Virus record (IMG/VR): IMGVR_UViG_3300030433_002269
Coordinates: 1-64,000 of that record
Length of the DNA stretch: 64,000 nt
Strand: one strand, 5' to 3'
From: a virus
Taxonomy: Duplodnaviria > Caudoviricetes
In this document: piece by piece, positions 37,768 through 45,449 of the stretch
Position numbering within the stretch: position 1 is the first letter of the stretch
Layout: every line of letters starts with the position of its first letter
Position numbers and translations under genes: made by a program
The notes under the pieces: generated by a model
What the model was told of the DNA's origin: nothing
The model's database searches: none
The model's input: only the letters and a program-made list of their open reading frames with translations

Positions 37768-39357
37768 TCAGACTCCTATCACGAAATCGCTAGCGATTAA
37801 TTTCATATCAAAGTTGTAATGCTTGTTACCAGCATCATACCTTGCGTGGAATGTGACAGGTAAAATTCGCATACCACCCGGGTTACTAACCGGGGTGCGG
37901 TCGAGGGTAGCCATTAATGTGTCTGTTGCAGAGCGCAAAAAGTCATAAAAGTCTCTAACGAATTCTTCAGTAGCCCCTAATAAATCCTCAATATCTTCAT
38001 CAGGGTCACTTTCGTTACCGACCCCACCATAACCCTTACCCAAACTAACCATTTTATCAGAAGCAGGTAGCAAGTTGCCTTCTGATGTCTTAGACGCTGG
38101 CGTAACATTACCCGCTGTTAAGAAAAAGTTCCTCGCAACTGGAGTAACATTATCACTAGTAATTAGGCTATCATAAGGTATCTGGATGCCTCTAATTTGG
38201 TCCTCGAATTCATCAGCATTAGCAAATATACCGATTAAATCTTGAACTTTATCACCAGCGCTTTTAGAAGTATTAGAGTTTGCAGGTGGACCTTGGTTAC
38301 TCTGATAATCGAGGCGCTGTCTTAACTGCGATTCTGAAGAAGTGGTTACACCACTTAGAGGTGTAGGAGGCTGATACTTCTGTTTAACAATTAAGATGGA
38401 GTCAACTACTGTCACATCGAATGCATCAGCCAAAGTTCTACCACCGTTAGGGTGAATCTTACCGTTAGTTATGACATTAGTAGCAAGCGTAAGTGCATCC
38501 TTAACTACAAGTGCTAGTGTTTTAGCAGGGTCGCCATTAGTAGAAAATAACCAAATCCCTCCTATGGGTACATTTACCTTGATGGCACTGTTTACATCGG
38601 CACTATCATATGGTGAAACAAGACTAGGGCCATAAGTAGCAGTAGTCAGAGTCGTGCGATTAGAATCATGTTCTTCATCAAATTCTAATACTACAGTGCC
38701 AACTAATCCAGTTGGAGTATTATTTGTATCCCTCCAATAATTGGGATAAAATGACAGTTGCTTTTCGTGTATTACGAAAGAATCTGGGTTGATAGGGCTC
38801 CAACTATAGTTATATGCTGTTATGTAGACCCTTTCACCCTGTGCTATATCTACAGGGCTACCGGCAATAATTTCGAAGTTTGTTATAGTATTTACACCAC
38901 CTGATGAAGATACTGAGTATCCTATAATTATACCTACAAATTCACTATTTAGGGTATGTATTTTTCCACCAATGAAATGACTCACTGAATCAGTTTCAAA
39001 GTTATAGACATTTATTATAGTGTCACCAACTGTAACTGCATTAACCCTGTGTTTCGGCGCTTCTTTATTACTGGCATAGTTACCTCTAGGATGGATACCA
39101 GCGAAGTTAAACACTTCTGCATCACTTATGTCCGAAATCGACAGCGTAGATTCAGATGTTATTGGCAAATCGTCATCGACTAAAACGCCATTAATCTCTA
39201 TTTCAATCTGGGGCAAGTTCATATCAATTGCCACTCTATCACCGGGGCCCGGGACAGGGAATGCACTGAGTTGCCTTTGCACACTAATGTCCATGGACTC
39301 AGCCACTAAAGGTATCACTGTTCGGTCTCCAGAAATAACTCTAATTGGAATAGCCAC
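37768..39357 (-). CDS. Distal-tail (Dit)-like protein, paralogue 2, with variable insert
   Basis: N- and C-terminal blocks align by eye with 39367-41772; tail operon position. Confidence 0.5.
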   Translation of the reverse strand: MAIPIRVISGDRTVIPLVAESMDISVQRQLSAFPVPGPGDRVAIDMNLPQIEIEINGVLVDDDLPITSESTLSISDISDAEVFNFAGIHPRGNYASNKEAPKHRVNAVTVGDTIINVYNFETDSVSHFIGGKIHTLNSEFVGIIIGYSVSSSGGVNTITNFEIIAGSPVDIAQGERVYITAYNYSWSPINPDSFVIHEKQLSFYPNYWRDTNNTPTGLVGTVVLEFDEEHDSNRTTLTTATYGPSLVSPYDSADVNSAIKVNVPIGGIWLFSTNGDPAKTLALVVKDALTLATNVITNGKIHPNGGRTLADAFDVTVVDSILIVKQKYQPPTPLSGVTTSSESQLRQRLDYQSNQGPPANSNTSKSAGDKVQDLIGIFANADEFEDQIRGIQIPYDSLITSDNVTPVARNFFLTAGNVTPASKTSEGNLLPASDKMVSLGKGYGGVGNESDPDEDIEDLLGATEEFVRDFYDFLRSATDTLMATLDRTPVSNPGGMRILPVTFHARYDAGNKHYNFDMKLIASDFVIGV

Positions 39358-39366
39358 GATATCACC

Positions 39367-41772
39367 TCAAACAATAATGTTAGCCGCTATAAACTTCAGA
39401 CTAAATTCGTATGCTTGCATCTCTGCATCTCTGTGAATCACAAAGTCGCTAACAACACCTTGTATCCCTGACATCCTATGACCTTCTAAACTTGGTCTAA
39501 AATATGTAGAAGCATGAGTTAAATTACTAACTGATAATTTGTCATATGGGTTAACGCTACCGTGGGTAACAAAGAAATTTCTTTGAGCCACTTCACCATC
39601 CTTATTAGCCATACCTTTAGTAACCAAAGTGTCATAAGGGACCTGTATTCCATGAATGTAATCACCCATATTACCCTCATAGTAGACACTTCGGTTAGCA
39701 GCGCCGACTAAACCTGTATAGAGGGCATCAGTGACCCAATGTGCGTTCTCAGCAGGCGCTAGATTTTGGCTGTTACCTAGTATTCCTAAGATGTCCTGTG
39801 CTTTATCACCGGAACTCTTGACTTGTTTACCGCGCTGTCCAGAGCCAAACGACTTTACCAAAGGCAAATAATTTTCACTGATATTATGATTAATGGCCCC
39901 ATCTAACTTTCCAATTTCAGTAGCATGCTTCTGAGTAATATTTACTCTAGCATTGAGGTTATTATCGGTTTTACCTATTGATGTTTCAAATACATAATTT
40001 AGTGATAAATTACCATCGGCATCAACCGCTCTGTCACCCAACCATTCTCCAGAAGTAAGAGACTTGGACACCATATAGGCTAGATATTCGGCTGCGTTAG
40101 TATAATTACCCGCCCCCGGGTCAATAGGTGAGCCATCAGCATGATTGCCGGGGTCTTCATAATCGGTAATATGCTTAACCGGAATGACAAAGCAAGGCCT
40201 AGATTGACTTGATGAGGTATGCGTCAAGTTAGTATTCTTAGCAATTGTCACTTCAAGCGGGTCGGTAAAACTAGTTACCGGCGAATTGACAATAATTTCT
40301 GTAGCAGTAACACTTGTCACTTGATGTTTACCATAAGAAATTCCAGCGAAAGAATCCTCTAGGATTATTTCAAACATATTATCGCTTGTTTCAAAGTAAG
40401 ACAAAGGATTACCATCAACTTGTATAGCCCAACCCACACTAGGAACAAATGCAACTGAAGTAGCCCGTAAACCTGTTTGGCGATTTCTATTGACATAACC
40501 ATAAGGCTCAACTGCAGATGGCTTACGGTCATTATCAAACACAAACCTTACGCTAGAGTTAGAGTACTTAGTGTCCTTATAGGGGTGACCTGATTTGAGA
40601 GAGATATTATACTTGGCACTCAAGTAACCTTCTACTTTCTGGATTTCTTCTAGGGAAAGGGCCCTATTGTAAATTAATATCTCTAATACATCACCTTCTA
40701 ATTCAGCGGAACCATAGTCGCCTATACCATCAACATCTGAGCCTGTATTAGGTGAATAACTAAAGCCAGTATCCCTGTCTTTTTGGTCACCATTCACATA
40801 AAGTGTAACTTGGTCTGATTCACCATCACCAGTGGTGTCTTGTATATGCCCTGTAACAATGTAGTTTCTGTGAGTCTTAACAAAATTGTTGGCGGTCCTA
40901 ACTGCGTTAAAAGAACCATTATCTTTAGCGTACCAAAAAGCAATTCTGTCAACATTCATTTCATAATATATATTGTAACCTCTATTCGGGCTCGATTGGC
41001 GAGAAGCAATTACAGTGTTATACAAGTTACTGTCGACATTTATATCATTGACAGCAAAAATTGTCATTTGTTCACTATTCAAATTTGAGTTATAAGGTAT
41101 AACCAGTCTATCGTTGATACCATCAAATCTAATGATAGGCTTACCATTCGGTCCACTTTCAAAAAACTTAGGTTGCTTAGTTGGGTCACTCTGCACAGCG
41201 TCATTACCGTGACCACTTGAATCGGGCCAAGAGGATACAGAGTCAGCATGACTAAGCGTTGAACTTAGGCTATCAGATTTCAACCATAATCTCAAACCAT
41301 CAGTGATAGGAGTAGTTATGTCATTTTTATTTTCAACCCAATAGGCTACAGGGAGGTCAATGTATTTATCATGCATCATATAGAGACCTGTATCTATATC
41401 GGCTGTAAGGCCCCCACCTTGCACTGAGCCTTGGAAACCATTGAACCAACTCATCAGTCCTCCACCAAAGACTGTACCAGTAGGCTTTTTGTCAGCCGGT
41501 ATGTCTATAGTTTGCGATTGGTCAAAGTCAATGTAGCCAGTAGACTTTATCTTGGCTTCTTGTCCCTCTTCATTGGTAAATACACCTTGTATTTCGAAAC
41601 CTACCATAGCCTGATTTAAGTCAACTCCTACTTTACGGGCTTGTAGAAGTGGTATTGCAAAGTTAGACTGGACCTTGTCCACGAAGATGTCAATAGAAGT
41701 GGCATCCAATTCAATGGTCTCGCCATTTTCCTTGACCAATCTTACAGGTACTCGCTCTACCAAATTATACAC
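39367..41772 (-). CDS. Distal-tail (Dit)-like protein, paralogue 1, with inserted LamG domain
   Basis: Follows the tape-measure slot; insert LRLWLKSD...WPDSSGHGNDA...RFDGIND...ILIYNRALS. Confidence 0.6.
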   Translation of the reverse strand: MYNLVERVPVRLVKENGETIELDATSIDIFVDKVQSNFAIPLLQARKVGVDLNQAMVGFEIQGVFTNEEGQEAKIKSTGYIDFDQSQTIDIPADKKPTGTVFGGGLMSWFNGFQGSVQGGGLTADIDTGLYMMHDKYIDLPVAYWVENKNDITTPITDGLRLWLKSDSLSSTLSHADSVSSWPDSSGHGNDAVQSDPTKQPKFFESGPNGKPIIRFDGINDRLVIPYNSNLNSEQMTIFAVNDINVDSNLYNTVIASRQSSPNRGYNIYYEMNVDRIAFWYAKDNGSFNAVRTANNFVKTHRNYIVTGHIQDTTGDGESDQVTLYVNGDQKDRDTGFSYSPNTGSDVDGIGDYGSAELEGDVLEILIYNRALSLEEIQKVEGYLSAKYNISLKSGHPYKDTKYSNSSVRFVFDNDRKPSAVEPYGYVNRNRQTGLRATSVAFVPSVGWAIQVDGNPLSYFETSDNMFEIILEDSFAGISYGKHQVTSVTATEIIVNSPVTSFTDPLEVTIAKNTNLTHTSSSQSRPCFVIPVKHITDYEDPGNHADGSPIDPGAGNYTNAAEYLAYMVSKSLTSGEWLGDRAVDADGNLSLNYVFETSIGKTDNNLNARVNITQKHATEIGKLDGAINHNISENYLPLVKSFGSGQRGKQVKSSGDKAQDILGILGNSQNLAPAENAHWVTDALYTGLVGAANRSVYYEGNMGDYIHGIQVPYDTLVTKGMANKDGEVAQRNFFVTHGSVNPYDKLSVSNLTHASTYFRPSLEGHRMSGIQGVVSDFVIHRDAEMQAYEFSLKFIAANIIV

Positions 41773-42244
41773 CTCTACTAAATCCAGTATTATTCAATCC
41801 GCCACCAATCTTAGCCTTGAGTTCTTTAGATACCATTTCGCTAATTTCTTTGGCAAGTGCACGCTTGTCAGTCTTATCGGTAACACCACTTACATCTATC
41901 CTTAGTGTTTGTATAGTTACATTTTGACTAGGGCCTTCACCTGCCATAGTGGCTCTATCAGCAACACGATTAGCAAAGTTAGACCTATTATTCCTGTTGT
42001 TCTCTAGGCTTCCCCTTACTTCTTCTATAGATTCATCTAAAGGATTTTGAGTAACCTGCCTACTAAGACCTTTAAGTGAATCTACTAACTCTTGTGTTCT
42101 AACTCCACCCATTGCCATAGCCTTGTTGAAGTCAACCATTTGCTGCTTTAATTGGACCATAGTGCCCTGTGCGGACTCAGCATATTCACTGAAATCTTTC
42201 ATGGCCCTAGCGGACCTTGGGTCAAAGTCTTCGTCTACCATCAA
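41765..42244 (-). CDS. Candidate miniature tape measure protein, 159 aa
   Basis: Directly after the chaperone pair; helical N-terminal half; C-terminal NVTIQTLRIDVSG...LAKEISEMV like TMP ends. Confidence 0.5.
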   Translation of the reverse strand: MMVDEDFDPRSARAMKDFSEYAESAQGTMVQLKQQMVDFNKAMAMGGVRTQELVDSLKGLSRQVTQNPLDESIEEVRGSLENNRNNRSNFANRVADRATMAGEGPSQNVTIQTLRIDVSGVTDKTDKRALAKEISEMVSKELKAKIGGGLNNTGFSRGV

Positions 42245-42510
42245 TCTGCCTCCAGTGGGGGCACGAAGTCATACCCCAAGTAAACTGTGTTCCCTGAGGG
42301 CTCTTCTTGCTCTTGCATAGCCTGTGCCCAAGACAATAACTGCTTTGCATCATCGACTGACAAATTTCTCACTTCCTGTAATCCCATGCTATAGTGTGTC
42401 ATTAGAAGGTATTCCATCCCTTCGCGTTTGTACCGAAGCCTGTCGGTAACTGCTTTTCCGTTGATGAAGTGTTTGATTTGGCCGACTTCGGCTCCCGAAA
42501 AAGTAACCAT
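42241..42510 (-). CDS. Tail assembly chaperone, downstream (T-like) frame
   Basis: In the -1 frame relative to 42402-42770 with 109-nt overlap; YLLMTHYSMGLQEVRNLS helix pattern. Confidence 0.6.
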   Translation of the reverse strand: MVTFSGAEVGQIKHFINGKAVTDRLRYKREGMEYLLMTHYSMGLQEVRNLSVDDAKQLLSWAQAMQEQEEPSGNTVYLGYDFVPPLEAD

Positions 42511-42770
42511 TCCATCACCTCGTTGGGGCTTGGTAAAATAGAAGCAAGGGCTTTTCCTTCTTCAGGAGTTAAACTTTCCACATCGAAGTAATCATCATAA
42601 AATAACCAATTTATGAAAGCATGTCGCCAGTAATCAGAAAAGTCCACGGTACCACTCATCAGCAAAGGAGCCACTGCTTGGACATCGAAGAATGTCAAGG
42701 GCTTTGCTGATATCTCATGAAGTAATCCGTTTATTTCAATTTCAATACTATTCTTCTTCTCCTGTGACAT
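42402..42770 (-). CDS. Tail assembly chaperone (G-like)
   Basis: Between tail tube and TMP slot; IEIEING...ISAKPLTFFD pattern. Confidence 0.65.
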   Translation of the reverse strand: MSQEKKNSIEIEINGLLHEISAKPLTFFDVQAVAPLLMSGTVDFSDYWRHAFINWLFYDDYFDVESLTPEEGKALASILPSPNEVMEWLLFREPKSAKSNTSSTEKQLPTGFGTNAKGWNTF

Positions 42771-42969
42771 ACTTACTCACTTCTTTATCATCGGATGCAG
42801 CCGAATCTTCGGGGGCATCCTCCAGTGCAAGGTGGGCGAACGGGTCATCGCTGGCCTTACCTGCTTCTGGGTCAAAGAGGTACTCTCCGCCCTCTTCCTC
42901 TTCCTCTTCGATGGGAGCCACAAATGTAGTGTAGGAAGGTTGGATAGGTTCCCAGACTTTTAATGGCAT
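42748..42969 (-). CDS. Small highly acidic protein, 73 aa
   Basis: GAGGAG SD; Glu/Asp-rich. Confidence 0.55.
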   Translation of the reverse strand: MPLKVWEPIQPSYTTFVAPIEEEEEEGGEYLFDPEAGKASDDPFAHLALEDAPEDSAASDDKEVSKYVTGEEE

Positions 42970-42978
42970 ATTATCTCC

Positions 42979-44997
42979 TCAACAATGGAATAGTGTATCT
43001 TCACTTACAACTTTGATATTGCGTGGATGCAGCATGACTTTAGTCCTCAGTAGACCTTTGTCATCTGGCACTGGAATAGGGGCCTCAGTAATAATATAGT
43101 CGTCCATAAGTATTCTGAGAGACTGAGGGAATGTGCCACTACCGGTCGTTGGCTTAGTGAAGTATAGATGAATCAAGTTACCATCATCACCTACAGTCCC
43201 ACTCTTTTCAAGATGGCTTCTGAGTTCGTGCCAAAGTAACGGGTCTGTAAGTACCAAATCAAGTTCTAGTTCGTATTCTTCACGACCCTCACGAATAATG
43301 CTTGCATTACGGGTACCGCCCCAAGGAACTTGCTTTGTGCTGCGATTATTGGAATCTACTGCTTCAGGCACCGGGTTACTTTGGATAGTATGATACAATT
43401 CTACGCCAGTTTTACCCCTCAATTCAAAGCCTGTGATAAATCCAATAGAATCACCAAATGCCTCTATACTACCATTGTAAAACATAAACGGCTTTTCGCT
43501 GCACTTGGCGATACCGCTAGCCTTCCTACCCTTAGCGTCAGTAGCGATGTTTTGGAACATACGGTGAGAAGTATAGCGGTCACCCTTTGTGGTTTCTAAG
43601 CGACCGGTATCAGTATAGCAAGAAAGTGCATTAAAGATGCATCTGTATTTTAATTCAGCATCGACTGTAGAAGAAATTTCCCACTCTACTATTTTACAGC
43701 CACGGAACACTCTTGTCAACTGCTTAGAATCTGTAGATGAGGCGGGAGTAGGCCCACCTTCTTGACTATGAGAGCCAACATCTCTAGTTCTAATGCTATG
43801 CTCTATACAGAAAGATGGGATGGTATCAGAAGAATAAAGGAGTTTTCTGACAGGGTTAGTAATGAAATTGTTATCACCGATATGCGGACTATTGTTAGTA
43901 GCATCATTTTCATAGCGGTGCAAAGTAACTGAGTCGGCATCTGTATGAGCAAAAGACCAAGGGTCATCTACAAAGAAACGATATCCTGTCGTCAGTGCTT
44001 GGATAGCAGTGACTCTTCTAATTTCACTAGTCTCGGCATACTCAAAGTGCTGAGTGTCATCTGTTAAACTACTGAGAGTTGCTGGCCAATACTTATTATC
44101 TGACTGGTCAACATTTTTGTAAGTCGTAACAGGAGCAGTAGTGCTATCTCTAATCATCAAATAGTCTCCGGGTACAATGGTTTGTCCCCCGAGCAAATTA
44201 CCACCTAAATCGACATAGACTTGTCCCGGCTCAACAGTTGTGCCACTCTTAATGGTGCCTGCAGCCCAAGCGCTAGCAAGACTTTGCCTGTCAACTGTTT
44301 CTCTACCAAGAGAGTAGTAAAGCCACCTAGGGCTATGCAATGGCATTTCAAGGGCACCACCAGTATGATGAACACGACCTGTCTGCTGTACAGCCACTTG
44401 GCGACCCAGCCCTACTACATGATAGCGATGTAGTTCTACCTTAGTATCGGGTAAGGTCATGAAACTAGCAAGTCCAATAAATTGGTCTATGTTACTACTT
44501 TCCTTGGATACATCTGCACTGGCATTAAGTGCCACGGATGTTCCACTTTTGATTGTGGGTAATCCGACAGAGAAGATATTTATCCCGTCACCATCTCCAC
44601 TAGCAAGAGTCGTTACGCCATTTAACTTGGGTACAATCTTAAGAACAGTCTTTCCACCAGTTAAAGTGTGGTCAACGATAGTATGTATTTTACCATTGGT
44701 ACCATCATAATAGTGTATAATGAAATTGTTACCACTAGAGTCAGCATTCTGAAATGCCATCTTGGTACCAATCAACATACCAATTGGTATCTTTAATACA
44801 GGAGTAGCATCTTCAAAGATAGCATTATCGCCTAATGAAGCAGTCCCTTCAAAAGTGATGGTAGTATAATCTGGAGTAGATGCTGAATTAGTCGCAGTCC
44901 ATGTGCGCTGTGTTGAATTACTTTGAATCCAAAGTCCAGTCTCATGGCCCATTGTGACCTCTGAGACATCACCCTTGTAGACTGTACCTACACTCAT
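42979..44997 (-). CDS. Major tail tube protein with inserted domains
   Basis: Tube-like segments (TLPDTKVELHRY, SFCIEHS, VFRGCKIVEWEIS, PFMFYNG, YELELDL); follows terminator gene. Confidence 0.7.
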   Translation of the reverse strand: MSVGTVYKGDVSEVTMGHETGLWIQSNSTQRTWTATNSASTPDYTTITFEGTASLGDNAIFEDATPVLKIPIGMLIGTKMAFQNADSSGNNFIIHYYDGTNGKIHTIVDHTLTGGKTVLKIVPKLNGVTTLASGDGDGINIFSVGLPTIKSGTSVALNASADVSKESSNIDQFIGLASFMTLPDTKVELHRYHVVGLGRQVAVQQTGRVHHTGGALEMPLHSPRWLYYSLGRETVDRQSLASAWAAGTIKSGTTVEPGQVYVDLGGNLLGGQTIVPGDYLMIRDSTTAPVTTYKNVDQSDNKYWPATLSSLTDDTQHFEYAETSEIRRVTAIQALTTGYRFFVDDPWSFAHTDADSVTLHRYENDATNNSPHIGDNNFITNPVRKLLYSSDTIPSFCIEHSIRTRDVGSHSQEGGPTPASSTDSKQLTRVFRGCKIVEWEISSTVDAELKYRCIFNALSCYTDTGRLETTKGDRYTSHRMFQNIATDAKGRKASGIAKCSEKPFMFYNGSIEAFGDSIGFITGFELRGKTGVELYHTIQSNPVPEAVDSNNRSTKQVPWGGTRNASIIREGREEYELELDLVLTDPLLWHELRSHLEKSGTVGDDGNLIHLYFTKPTTGSGTFPQSLRILMDDYIITEAPIPVPDDKGLLRTKVMLHPRNIKVVSEDTLFHC

Positions 44998-45440
44998 GCT
45001 ATCAACTCCGCTAGTATGACTACCTCTACTTGGAATGTGTGCCTAAACAGTTTTTTAGTTCTGTCAGATAAATCTGTCCTTGTTTTAAAGACAAGCCTGT
45101 CGAAGTTTGCACCATCGCCTTTGCGCTTAGTGTGGATTAATCGCCTGATTTCATCCTCCATTTTACGCAATCTGGAACGCCCTCTAACTGTCCTAGCATC
45201 AACTGTGATATTAATGCGAGTGGTTACATAGTTGTAAAACAAGTCAGGAACTTCTTCGTTATGTGCAGTTTCGTAAACTAAAATAAAGTCACTTCTTTGA
45301 AGGTCTAAGCGCTTACCACGCTCTGGACCTTCGGAAGCGACATCAAGTATCACTGGCATGATGTTATCGGTATTCGCACGGTTCCAACCCTTGAGGACAT
45401 CGATTACTGATTCGAGTGCTTCTTTGGGTACAGATGTCAT
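44994..45440 (-). CDS. Tail terminator / neck protein
   Basis: 148 aa; ITVDART...MEDEIRRLI...FQVEVV; canonical position. Confidence 0.6.
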   Translation of the reverse strand: MTSVPKEALESVIDVLKGWNRANTDNIMPVILDVASEGPERGKRLDLQRSDFILVYETAHNEEVPDLFYNYVTTRINITVDARTVRGRSRLRKMEDEIRRLIHTKRKGDGANFDRLVFKTRTDLSDRTKKLFRHTFQVEVVILAELIA

Positions 45441-45449
45441 GTTAAAACC

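Noticed and set aside
22079-41772. Diversity-generating retroelement acting on tail/adhesin genes
   Set aside because: No reverse transcriptase and no TR/VR pair with adenine-specific mismatches was noticed; a self-alignment would be needed to exclude it formally.
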